This document shows, piece after piece, positions 22,532 through 34,389 of a stretch of 47,424 bases of DNA. Under the pieces are notes generated by a model, which was given only the letters and a program-made list of their open reading frames with translations, had not been told where the DNA came from and searched no databases. The stretch covers positions 1,172,997 to 1,220,420 of the forward strand of contig NW_003314295.1 in NCBI RefSeq assembly GCF_000143415.4. The letters run 5' to 3'. The stretch's first letter is position 1; the number at the start of each line of letters is the position of its first letter. This DNA comes from Selaginella moellendorffii. Taxonomy: Eukaryota > Plantae > Lycopodiophyta. The position numbers were made by a program, and so were the translations under genes.

Positions 22532-24800
22532 TTAGCCCGAGGACTCTCCCACCCAGTAGCTCTTGACTGACACTAGAATCTTCTCTCGATTGAAAGGCCC
22601 TGTTTCGTGATCCACCATGCGGCTCTCCCACTTCATACCGCTCGCGATCCTCTTGACTTTGTTGAGAACATCCACCTCGTCCCGGATGATCACAGCTCCT
22701 TCCGGGCGAAGAATTCTGTCCATTTCCAGTAAGATGTCCACCAGATCGCACTTGTTCCTGCCAGAAAAGAAACCAGCTTGAGAAACGAAGAGACTGTAAG
22801 CTTCACGAGAACTTACCGCGCTCTGTACATGCTAAACACCCGGTTTGCATGGATGAAGTCGTAAGTCCTGGGGTACGTCGAGAATGCTTCGCACCAGTCG
22901 TGGTACACCCCAATGAATCCTCGCTCGTAGATCACACCCAGCGTCGTGTTGTCCATGAACGAGCTCGGCTGGGGAATCTCTCCGAGAACGTCCGCGTTTC
23001 CGGACGAAAATGGTGGCACCGCGTTCATCACCCATACCCGGTTATCGTTGGCAAAGGCAGCCGCGAATCCACCCAGCCCCGCGTTCATGTCCATGATGTT
23101 CCTGTATCGCCCCTGCCCCAGTGGAGGAATGACGGAGTTCTTGTAGTAGCCTACTCGCTCGTTCCACAGCTTTGTGTCCGCCTCGTAGACATCCGGTGTG
23201 ATACCCGGGACCAGTCCGGTTGCAACTCGTGGTGGGACCTCGGTTGCCCGAGATGGCCATTTCGCCAGCTTTCCGCCGGACACTTCCGATCTTTCGGCCA
23301 CTGCTGGGAGTGGAGTAATGCATGCCTGCATTGGCTTGTACCTGAAGTCACGATGAGTGAGATCTATATCAATGACTAGAAATGGAAACACCTTTGATTA
23401 CTTACCACGCCTCGTCAGCGTCCTCTGCCTTGCAAATAGGAGGATCCCTGTACACCTTCTTCCGGTTCCTCACGCAATCGTAATGGTTTGTTGGTTTCCT
23501 CCACACTGCCAGATTTCCCCTCTCCACCACCTTCTTCCAGCAGAGAGCTTTCGCGAGCTCCTCAATGGCGGTCATCTCGCCCAGCAAATCTTCCTGGGTC
23601 CGCTGCCAGCCCTTCCAGTGCGTCTGCCAATTCACCGGCGGCCCCGACAGCACCCAGTATCCTCCAGCCTCAAGACGCGATCAACTTCGGCGAGATAGAC
23701 ACCATCTGCAAAGCCGAGGCATTAATTGGCATGGAAAATCGGAAGAGCGGGATCTAAATCAGAGGCAGCCTAGACAGGGAGTGAGATTGGCGTGAGCTTG
23801 GGAGGGAAAGAATAAAAAACCCACCGTAGTCCTTCCAAGGAATGAGGCAGCGGGAGCAGTGGGCGAGATCAAAGGCCCTGGCAGGATACAGCAGCCTTTG
23901 CGACGCCATAACTCCCAGCATTGCCGGTACGCCTCGCTCCAGAGCAAACTGCACTTGGCCCTCGTGCGTGTCTCTCGGGGCAAACGACATTGTCAAGACA
24001 TTTCTGCTGAGAAGAAATGCTCCAAAGCTCGCAACCTACATGATCCATGGCCGATAACTTACATCATAGATAGCCAACGAAACGTTTTCCATAAAGCAAG
24101 GAGGAAAACTTACCCCGCAGCCAGTATCAAGCGCCGTCCGGATCGATCCATCCTTGAGAGGAACGAGCTTGCCAATGTCATCAATGTAGGCGTCGGCTCC
24201 TTTCGGGAACATAGTGCCACCGCCAGGGAACTTGAATCGATCGCCCTCGTATTGGATCCAGTTCTGGACCGCCTTCTCGACGGTGAGCTCCTTGTGAGGG
24301 ACATTGGCGTACCAGGCGAAATCCCTGCTCTTGGGCCAGGGGAAGGGATTGCGATACCCGGGAGGGGCCGGGATGAGGCATCTGAGACGCTCCGAGGCTT
24401 GGGCGGGGCAGTGGCGCTCCCGGTAGATGAGGCGATCGCGGTCGAAGCGGAGCGATCGCTCGATGTCCTCACAGGGCGTGTACTCGCTGAATTTGAGGGC
24501 GCAGGAATCGAAGGCGAGATCGAGGAGGGCTTGATCATCGTCGCCTCCTCCCGCGTGGTGCGCGGAGAAATCCAGCGACGAGGCATCGCCCACGGCGGCT
24601 TGCTGCTCCGGCCGATCGCAGTGAGTGAGATGAACTCGCGTGGTGTCGATCTTGACGGTGGAGCTCGGCTGCTGCTGCCATGCCCCAAGAATGTAGAAGA
24701 AGAAGCACAGCCCGCCGGCGCCAAAGATCCAGGAGAGATTGCACCTCTTGTCGCCGCCGGGCGCGTGGAGCTTTGGCGACGCTGGAAAATCCTTCCCCAT
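22532..24800 (-). CDS. DUF248/Methyltransf_29 Golgi SAM-dependent (putative pectin) methyltransferase, PMT2/PMT14-18-like; 1-nt frameshift at ~23667 in this sequence
   Basis: EYTPCED..RSLRF...[33 protein letters not shown]|[58 protein letters not shown]. The conserved [10 protein letters not shown] lacks one base. Confidence 0.9.
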
Positions 24801-26220
24801 CCTTCTTTGAGATCGAAATATTTCGATCTCCTTTCACCCCTGGGGTGCCGCTCAAGAATCAATGGCACCGCATCGAAAAGAGCGCTGCAAAGTCCCGATT
24901 ACCGGCGCCCTGGCGCGCGGCAGAAAGAACAATGCGCGGCAAAGATGAGGCCGCTGCCTCGTCGCAATCGATCACCAAACAGCCCGAAATTTCACTGGGA
25001 GAACGCCCGACGCGCCTGGAGCGAGGACGAAAAGAGATCTTGATGGCCTTAGCTGGTGATCTTTGCGCACATTTCGTGTGCCAGGACTGGAAAAGCCCTG
25101 GGACAAAGGCGAGATCGTCGTGGCTGCTCAAGGAAGAACCCTAAAGCCTAGACAGAGAGAAAGAGCTAGCTCTTTTAGCTAACTTCCCTTCCCTCCAAGT
25201 CCAAGAGAAAGAGAAAAAGACGGAGAGACTCGCCCGTGTCGAGATGATATCGAATGATTCCAGGGAATATTTACGTTGGCTCCGCGAGTTCGATTCCTGT
25301 GCCTGTCCTGTGGCAGTTTTCTAACAAAATATAACAGAACGACCTTGGCTAACCGACCGACACTCACTAGCCTGACCATGTTAACACCTCCAGTTTAGCT
25401 CTTAAACAAATAGTTTTAACGTGTTCTTCCGGTGTTCTCGCTCGCAGCGAACTTCTCCTCGACAATCCTTTGTTTTTGCGCTGGATTTGACGTTGGAGCT
25501 CGCCGAAAGGAATCTTGGGGTGAAAGCAACGTTTGCTGCGGCTGGGCTATACAAATCACTGGCCCGCTTCGTCAATGGATGGAAATGTCTCGCCCAGCTA
25601 ACGCACAGCTCGCATTGTCCACACAGGCTTAATCGTTACGTCCACTGGGAGGAGCTCTGAGAGGATCACGGCACGAACGCAAAAAAAGTCTAGGATGATC
25701 GACCCCTGTCCCTGGAAACTTGGAGGTGTCAGTAGACAAAAGACTCAAGTGACCTGGCCAAGTTGCAAGCAAGAATGAAATGAAAATGAAATGCTTACGT
25801 GAGATGAGATTGACAAGCTTGAGCCACGCTCGATGGAAAAACTGCGATCGATCCAATGGAAGAGAGCCTTGACATCAATCGCGCTTTGTTTCGTTGTCCT
25901 GCGTGGCTATGGACGAGTCCAAAGCGCCGACACTCGTCAACAACGAATCTTCTGTGATTGTTTAAAGAGTAAATGGAAGTACCTCGCTCGCTCGCTCGCC
26001 ATCGCTAGGAGTTAAGCGGAGGAGTTAAAGCGTCGTCGTCTAGCTCTCTCGCCCAAGCAGGGCTCCCGCGGGCTGTTTCCAGCGCCATCTTCGCTACTCC
26101 ACCAAACTCCAACCGATTGCACAGCGAAAACAAGGTGTGAGACGACGACCTCGCAACAAAACAAAGCAAAAAACATTCAAGAGTAACTAGACAACAGAAG
26201 AAACGAGACAATGAAGCCGC

Positions 26221-26238
26221 AAAAAAAAAAAAAAAAAA
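26221..26238. repeat. Poly(A) tract
   Basis: Run of ~18 A. Confidence 0.8.
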
Positions 26239-28064
26239 GAACTAACTACGAGGTTCATGGCTAACTAAACAAGAACAAGCAAAGAATGAAACCCAGAGCT
26301 TCCATGCATACGAACCTGGAGTGTCGTGGTACCCGCACACGCAAGGCTCGTGTTTTGCTCGCTCGAGCACGTAAACATCGTTGCTTTGGAGAAGCAAGCC
26401 TGCGAAATAATGTGTCAATCGCTTTAAGCGAGAGATCTTACATTACATCCAGGCTTTGGCCGAGAAAGAAGAATGACACACAAAATCTCGCGATCTTGGT
26501 GGACATGGACGGCTCTGGCGGTGTGTCAGGGGGGTGTGAATGCCCAACAGGGGGAAACAAACAAAGAACATTGGAAGTCGATGCCGCGGGGACGCATTTA
26601 GAGCAAGAGATCGAGTTGACATCGCGAGAATACCTTGCGAGGAGCGATCGATCCATCGGAGGCGCTAATACGCCGCAACTGGATGTTAACGCCTATGGCG
26701 GCAAAACCCTAGAATGGAAAATGGACTTCCTTGATGTTGGCTGTGAAATATTTCTTATTGATCAAGCTTCCATTTTTCAAGCGCGTGCCGATTAAAATCC
26801 AAAGTTCGTTACATTGCCACAAATTTTTTATTCCTTGAATAGTTTCTCTGCTGTGTTTAAGACTAATCTACCGAAGAAACGTCAGTGCGTGATTTTTAAA
26901 GTTTTCACCGATCAATCCAGCAGGGCTCCAAACATATGTGGACAAAGATAGGCTTTCGTCGAGATCAAAAGAACCCAACCCCTTGGCTCGCAGCCTTTAT
27001 GGGTTTTGAGGAGCGGTGCTAGAAAATGTTCAAGGTTTTCAGGTTCGCAACTTAAGAAATGACTTGATGTGCTGAGCACAAACTCGATCCCTAGGGAACA
27101 GCGTCACCATTTCTAAACGCAAAAAGGGCGCTCTCGATCCCTGACAAGCGTCGTGGATGCCACCATTGTGAGGCCTGGAACGCTGCAAATTATATCCAAT
27201 TCTGCAAGCTCTGAGGGAGATCACGAGCGTGAGTGAGTGAGTCGGTTCACAACTTTGGAGAAAGTTGTTTCAAGCCAGGCTGATCACAGTGCTAAGTCTC
27301 ACTATCATCGAATTGTTTTGGCAGCTTTGCGCGTGTACAGGCCAGCAAAAGCATATTAACGCGAACTCACAAGTTCGAGATACTCCAGTAGCAATCAAAG
27401 CTTTGGACCATAATTTGATATCTCGGGAGCTTTAAAAAAAGTCCAGGGACTTGCGAGAGCATTTCATCAGCGCTCCAAAGATCAAAGCCTCGTCTCTCGA
27501 CATTACAAATCTATTCCATGGATTGGATGTCTCTCGGGGGAGCAAATATGTTCCCTACAATAGCTCTATTTGTTCTAAGTTCCAATCGCTCCAAAAGAAA
27601 GTATAGCTTGGAAGGAAGCCTTCTTTATAAAGTACTACAGCCTTACATTATATTTTCCTTCCTGCCTTCCACTCCCGCAGTGTTGATCATGCCACGAATG
27701 ATCCAGCTGGACGGCAGTGATGCAGAAGATCCAAGTGCTTTAACTGCTACACCTGGCGGCATCTCTGACCGTCCATTGCACGATAGCATTTTTTAAATAA
27801 TCGTTCTAAGCAACAAGGAAGCCTTTGTGCTGTGTGGCGCTTTGCGGGAGGAGGACGAAGGCGCGTTCTCGCTGTTGGCGCCGTGTTCGTGAGCTCTGCC
27901 GCGCCTCCCCCGACGGTGAGTCTGCCGATGGCGAAGATTTCGTGAATGATCTCCTGCGGGATCTGCATTGCTAGGGTTGTGGCGTGCCGTGGATCCGAGC
28001 ATTGGCGCCGCTCGATGGGATTCGCGTGCCTGTGAGGCGGATTTGCGAGATTATCGGCGCCAGG

Positions 28065-30299
28065 ATGAAGGACAGGGAGATGAAGCTCAATGTGGAGAAG
28101 AAGCAGCAAAGATTCGTGCCGCTGGCGTTCATGGTGATCTCGCTGTGCGCGATCTCGTTCTACCTCGGCGGCGCCTTCAGCTCTACCAAGGCGCGCGTGA
28201 TTCAAGTCACGAGCGGCGGCCCCGCCTCGAAAGATCCGATCAGTATCCAGTTAACCAAGGCGGATTGCTCCAGCGCTTTCAAGCAGGAGCCATTCCCAGA
28301 GTGTAACATCACATTCCAAGATGTGACGCCTTGCACCAATCCACTGGTACGTTATCTTCCTTTTTCTCTCCCTTGTTCTTTCTTTTACTTAATACTAAAT
28401 GGGTGTGGCCGCAGCGATGGAGGAAATTCGATAAGCACCGCATGGCATTTCGCGAGCGGCATTGTCCTCCAACGTCCGAGAGGTTTCAGTGCCTAGTTCC
28501 TCCGCCCGATGGATACAAGGTTCCTATCAAATGGCCGAAGAGCCGAGACGAATGCTGGTATAAGTACGTCCGTCTTCTTCTTTTTTGTCTTTGGTTTTGG
28601 TTGCTCAAGCCTTGTTGTTTTGATGGCTAGAAACGTTCCATTCGAATGGATCAACTCGGAGAAGGCTAACCAGAATTGGCTTCACAAGAGTGGGGAGAAG
28701 TTCATTTTTCCGGGTGGAGGAACCATGTTTCCGAATGGAGTGAACGAGTATTTGGATCAGATGGAGGAGCTGATTCCTGGCATGAAGGATGGATCGGTTC
28801 GAACAGCATTGGATACTGGTTGCGGGGTAAGAGGAGAAAAAACGCATTCTCGTAAGCCTTAACAGTCTTTTTCCTTTAAACTTTCAGGTGGCAAGCTGGG
28901 GTGGAGCTCTGCTGGATCGTAACATCATAACCATGTCACTGGCACCAAGAGATAACCACGAAGCGCAAGTTCAGTTTGCTTTGGAGCGGGGTATTCCTGC
29001 AATCTTGGGCATTCTTGCGACCCAGCGCCTTCCTTTCCCGGCCAATGCTTTCGATATGGCACATTGTTCGCGATGTCTGATACCTTGGACAGAGTTCGGT
29101 AAGCCGATACTAAAGCTTCTCGTGTTTTCAACGGACATGCTTCTCTTACAGGAGGAGTTTTCCTTTTGGAAATTGACCGTGTGCTGCGTCCTGGTGGTTT
29201 TTGGGTCCTTTCTGGTCCGCCTGTCAACTACGAGGTGCACTGGAAAGGATGGGATACCACAGAAGCGAAGCAGAAGGCCGATCTGGACGCCATCAAGGGC
29301 CTACTCAAGAAAATGTGTTACACCCTGTATGCGATGGAAGGTGATATTGCTGTGTGGCAGAAGCCTGTGGATACGACTTGCTACGAGAGTCGAGAGCCTT
29401 TGACGCATCCTCCAATGTGCGACGATAGCATTGAAACCGACGCTGCTTGGTAAGTCACCATATTTTCTTGTTCTCTCACGGAACTAAATTGCTTCGGTTG
29501 AAAAGGTACGTGCCAATCAGAGCGTGCATCGTTCCCCAGCCATACGGTGCGAAAGGCCTCGCAGTTGGTCAAGTTCCAAAATGGCCACAGCGGCTGTCCA
29601 GTTCGCCAGACAGGCTCCGATACATCTCGGGTGGCAGCGCCGGCGCTTTCAAAATTGATTCGCGCTTTTGGGAGAAGCGCGTGAAGTACTACAAGACTCT
29701 CCTTCCGGAGCTGGGCACAAACAAGTTCCGAAACGTCATGGACATGAACACAAAGTATGGAGGCTTCGCAGCAGCTCTGGCGAACGATCCCGTCTGGGTG
29801 ATGAACACTGTCTCCTCCTACGCAGTGAACTCCTTGGGCGTTGTTTACGACCGAGGTCTCCTTGGCACACTGCACGACTGGTAAGTATCGATCTATTTCT
29901 CTTACTGCTGAAGCTTACCAAAACTCTTTCTCAGGTGCGAGGCGTTCTCGACGTATCCACGAACGTATGATCTTCTCCACTTGTCCGGCCTCTTCACTGC
30001 CGAGAGCCACAGGTATGCGAGAGGGAGAGCAGCAGCTCTGATTCAGATACTGATACTTCTATCACAGGTGTGAGATGAAGTTCGTGATGCTGGAGATGGA
30101 TCGCATTCTCAGGCCGGAGGGCCACGCGATCATCTCCGACTCGCCAGAGTTCGTGGAGAAGGCGGAGATCATCGCTCGGGCAATGCGGTGGGACTGCACT
30201 CGATACGACAGTGCAAAGAATGGCGAGGACCCGGTTCTCATCTGCCAAAAGGAGCTGTGGAAGGCATCACCTGCATCCGACAGTGACGTGATTGAGTGA
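28065..30299 (+). CDS. DUF248/Methyltransf_29 Golgi methyltransferase, PMT20/PMT21 (ERD3)-like, multi-exon, probable 5'-UTR intron 27916-28063
   Basis: TM anchor ([16 protein letters not shown]), [45 protein letters not shown]|[44 protein letters not shown]; GT-AG introns are consistent. Confidence 0.92.
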
Positions 30300-30536
30300 A
30301 AGAGTAGTAGGCCGCGATTCGTTGGGCGTTGTAATCGAGCGCAGTGGCGACGGCCACGCCCCAAAATTTTGTCAAAGTTGTATTAACTGCTTGGAATTGG
30401 TTTCTCTTAAACTTGAGTCGTTGACTTTTGTAAGCTTTAATATGACTTTTATGTTGACTTTTTCTACTAGAACGTTTGATCCTTGACTGCACTTGCTATG
30501 GCAATCTCAGCAAGAAGAGAATGAAACCGCAAATGC

Positions 30537-30595
30537 GCCTCCCGTTAAACACCATCCGGAGAGAGAGTGAATCAGGATGGTGTTTAACGGGAGGC
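30537..30595. repeat. Perfect 21-bp inverted repeat with 17-nt loop (hairpin; small-RNA precursor candidate)
   Basis: GCCTCCCGTTAAACACCATCC (30537-30557) is the exact reverse complement of GGATGGTGTTTAACGGGAGGC (30575-30595). Confidence 0.9.
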
Positions 30596-30885
30596 AAGCT
30601 TTGCTATCTCAGCAAACTTTGAACTGTAAAGGATAAGTACAAAGCCACAAACACAGACAAAATGGAGAACGTACTAGCTCGAGACCCTCTTACAGTTTCT
30701 TAGAACTGCAAAGACCTGCTCCAGTCTACAGTCTCATTTTTTTCGGACAAACGTACCCCTGCAGCAATGAAGTTTAAGCAACAATCAGCTAGCAGAAACA
30801 AAAAAACGCCACTAGATACCTTTGCTCTGCTCGGCTGCCACCTTGCCAATCTCTGGCCACGACAGACCACTCCCTGAAAGAGCCT

Positions 30886-32097
30886 TCAACCCTGAAAACA
30901 TAGAGCAATGTGAGCGATCAGTGCTGCATTCATCAACGTACCTGAGAAGCATCGAGTCATCCCCCGAGCGAAGAAGGCATTGCGATACCGGCTAGCACAA
31001 ACTTGCTTCATCTTCTCACTGGGTGTGTTGATATTTGCCACAGCAGTGAAGTCGAGCTCCACACTCAGGAGCTTTTGCATGATAATTTCAGCCTTGCTTC
31101 TCTTCTCGAGCCAATCCCATTTCAGGCTCTGAGAATCAAACATTAGTATCCCTCTCCCCCACACTGCAAATGTAAGACTGCCCACCGTACAGCACTCCCC
31201 TAATAAATACGCCTGTTTCCTGATTAGGAAGGATGACACTTCGTTCCACGTCCAATTCCCCCTATCCAACACCAACACTCTAAGTCCACCAGACGCGACC
31301 TCCACAAGCACCCCGATTTCGCCTCCAACTTCCAGCATGTAAGACTTGTAAATCCCAACTTCTTTCATACACCAAGCGTGCACCCACTTGGCGGAGTTAA
31401 TGGCTGCCATATCGTCGATCTCCAGCAGCACCAGCGCACCGTGCTGCCAGCACTCCCCGAGGCGATAGCACACGCCCCCAACACAGACCGTGTTGGAGGA
31501 CAGCATGGACACGGTCTGGTACTGCGGCACCGTCCAAACGCCCAGCCTCGAGTCGAACACATACGAGTTTAGCCAGATCCGGAAGAACACCACCCCCTCA
31601 TCGCTAGCATACGTTGTCAGCATGCAGGAACAGATGTTAGCTTGAACCCCAGGAACAGATACCCATTGCTGCGTCAGCGGATTTCCCACCAGGAAGCCTT
31701 GCTTGTTCATGAAGGTCTTTCGCTCCATGAACCGGCACAAGACGAGGCCACCGTGAGAGACCAAAGGCTGCGAGTTTTGTGGTGCTAGCCACTGCTTCCA
31801 GCCGGGAGGGACGTGCTTCAGCCTCGTCACCTTCCCTTTGTGCTTGAAGATCGACACAAAAGGGCCCCTGTAGTGGTACCGTGTTTGCAGCCTGCTCGTT
31901 TTCCTGTTCACTCCGTGATGCAGCAGGAGGAGCGTCTTTGCTGTGTTGCGGCCGTGTTTCCGCCACAGCGCCTTGAAGCGTGAATCGCCGCGCAGCAGCG
32001 CAGCCCAGGCCTTGCACACCAGCTGCGCCCGCACTGCATCGCGGGCTGACAGCCACGAGAGGATTTCCAGCTCCAAGTCCGGTGACAAGCTGGTCAT
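30886..32097 (-). CDS. F-box protein with beta-propeller/kelch-like C-terminal region, intronless
   Basis: N-terminal LSPDLELEILSWL...AQLVCKAW F-box, then SHGGLVLC...VGNPLTQQW, VFDS..GVW and FDS...KW repeats typical of plant F-box families. Confidence 0.8.
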   Translation of the reverse strand: MTSLSPDLELEILSWLSARDAVRAQLVCKAWAALLRGDSRFKALWRKHGRNTAKTLLLLHHGVNRKTSRLQTRYHYRGPFVSIFKHKGKVTRLKHVPPGWKQWLAPQNSQPLVSHGGLVLCRFMERKTFMNKQGFLVGNPLTQQWVSVPGVQANICSCMLTTYASDEGVVFFRIWLNSYVFDSRLGVWTVPQYQTVSMLSSNTVCVGGVCYRLGECWQHGALVLLEIDDMAAINSAKWVHAWCMKEVGIYKSYMLEVGGEIGVLVEVASGGLRVLVLDRGNWTWNEVSSFLIRKQAYLLGECCTVGSLTFAVWGRGILMFDSQSLKWDWLEKRSKAEIIMQKLLSVELDFTAVANINTPSEKMKQVCASRYRNAFFARGMTRCFSGTLMNAALIAHIALCFQG

Positions 32098-32395
32098 TGC
32101 CCGATCTGGTCAATAGTCTTTTATATAATCTAATATGTCTGATTGATTTGCGGGGTGATCTTTTGAAAAACGATTTCTCGACTTGTGCCTGTCACCGGGC
32201 TATGTAAATCTTCTCTGTATCGTTCTTGGTGTCTCCCAAAAGACTTTGAAAAGGATTAGAGTTATACTAGATTTTAGAGTTTTATATAGATTATTTAGCT
32301 GACATATACTAGATTATCTTTTAGGGTTATTTAGTTAGATGAGGTTCATTCGTCTCTTCTCCTGTGAATGCTCTCGGTTCAGCTGCGCATCGCCA

Positions 32396-33841
32396 ATGTG
32401 GAGGATGAGTCGGAGAATCCGTTCATTTGCGAGCTCGGCGAGCCTGGATGGCCACTCCGACTCGAGGAAGTGAGTGTGTTTAGATGAATGGATCTTTTAA
32501 GCTGCGATTTTTGTTTGAAGGAAGAAGAAAAGGAGATTGGATGAGCTCTGCGTGGAAAGATATCCTCAGTTCGCGCGGAATGTGGTACAATCCTGGATCA
32601 TACAAGGCAAGGCAACGGTCGTTTCTTCTTCTTCTTTGTTTTTTCCGTGTGTGTGGGTGTGTGGTCTTTCTTATTCCAGTGTTTTTTTTTTGAACAATGG
32701 AAGAGTGTTTCCGTGTGTCCAGGGAAAGTTTTCGTGGATGGCAGGCCAGGAACAAAGTCTGGGATGCAAGTCGCGGAAACATCAGCAATCGAAATCACAG
32801 CCCAGCCTCCAAAATACGTTTGCAGGCACGTCTTATTCCTTTTTTTCTTCTGTTTTTTTTCTTAGTCATAAAGGAAATGACGATCAATCCAGGGCTGGAG
32901 ACAAGCTCGCAGCAGCGCTTGAGCGATTTGGGTGTGATTTAAATGGTAAAGTGGTGCTCGACTCGGGGCTCTCCACCGGAGGCTTTACTGACTGCATGCT
33001 ACAGCATGGTGCCACGCGAGTGTATGGAGTCGACGTTGGCTATGGCCAAGTAAGTCTTTGTGTTTCTTTGGAAGGGAAAAAGGAAAGCGCTAACTTGGAT
33101 TAAACTCTCTCAAGGTTGCGGAGAAAATTCGAACCGATAAAAGAGTTCGCGTCATGGAGAGGACAAACTTACGTCTCTTAACTCGGCTACCCGAGATGGT
33201 AGACTTCGTCACTCTGGATTTGTGCTTTATCTCGGTTTTGTTGGTGAGATTCTCGCAGTTCCAGCAATTTAGAGGATTGACAAGCTTGTTTTTCCTTTTT
33301 CCAATCTTAGGTGATGCCTGCCGTGTGCTCGGTGATGAAGCAGGATGCGAGCGGCGTAATTCTCATCAAGCCACAGTTTGAAGCGGCCAGATCTCAGGCG
33401 AGTCTCTCTGTTTTAAGCGTAAGCAGGCGTATCATCGTTTTTTCTCGCAGGTTGGCGGTGGTGGGATCGTGAGAAAGCCCGAAGTTCACAGAGAGGTCTG
33501 TAGCAAAATGGAATATTTATATCTTTGCTTGACCTCTTTTTCTCTTGCTTTTGTGTGTAGGTTCTTGAGAAGGTCATAGATGGTGTTGAGGAGTTTGGCT
33601 TCGCTTGCAAAGGCTGGATGGAATCCCCAATCAAAGGCACCGACGGCAACACAGAGTTCTTGGCATACTTCCACAGGATGACTAAACAAACACCAGCGCA
33701 GGTTCATCGTGGTATCTAACACTCGCTTGCTGATTATCTTTTTTTCTTCTTCTTCTTCTTCTTGCGCAGGAAAAACGCGAATTTGTTGCAAATAAGTCAA
33801 AGAGTTACTACTTGGATCTTCTTGAACGCAAGGGATCTTAA
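32396..33841 (+). CDS. TlyA/YqxC (hemolysin A-like; S4 + FtsJ domains) rRNA methyltransferase with organellar transit-like N-terminus; ~9 exons
   Basis: [98 protein letters not shown]. The stop is at 33719 if unspliced or 33841 if a final intron is used. Confidence 0.88.
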
Positions 33842-34389
33842 TTCTCTTTGGAGCAACGGAAGATTCTGTACAAGAACTTTGTTTCATCTTTGCAAAGTTT
33901 GGGTTTTTTTCTTCTGGAGATCAAAATCTATTCTAAATGCTAGACGTGAGCACATAAGCAGTAGCATTCTTGTGGTCGACCTCAAAATGTGGCAACATAA
34001 TCAAAGCACCGGAATTTTGTCTCTTGGACGGTTCTAATGTTGGTGAACGACAGAATGATGGTCTTGCAGCTTCTCTCGAATGCAGTGCTTCGAAGGAGAG
34101 TCACAGATTCCAAGCTCTCGGGCTTCCGTAGCAGTGATCCAGGCTGCAGCGGACAAAGCAGCCTTGGCAGCGGAAAAAACGCTTGCGAGAGAGCATGCTC
34201 CAAGGAGTTCGTCCAAACGCCCGATGCAGATGCAGAGCCAGTTTGGTAGTTTGCGAACCAGATTGACAAGCGGATGGTGGAGAGCCTTGAAGTGACTTGG
34301 ATGTCCACAACAGCTGACAGCAATGCTGCTGAATAAATAAAATTGCTGCACGTTGTATTGTATGGTTTGCTTTTTTTATAAAAAAAACA

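Noticed and set aside
23162-23173. TTCCACAGCTTT, identical to the miR396 5' end
   Set aside because: Only 12 nt, inside a coding exon, with no hairpin.
23859-25043. 394-aa plus-strand ORF
   Set aside because: Antisense shadow of the PMT2-like exons.
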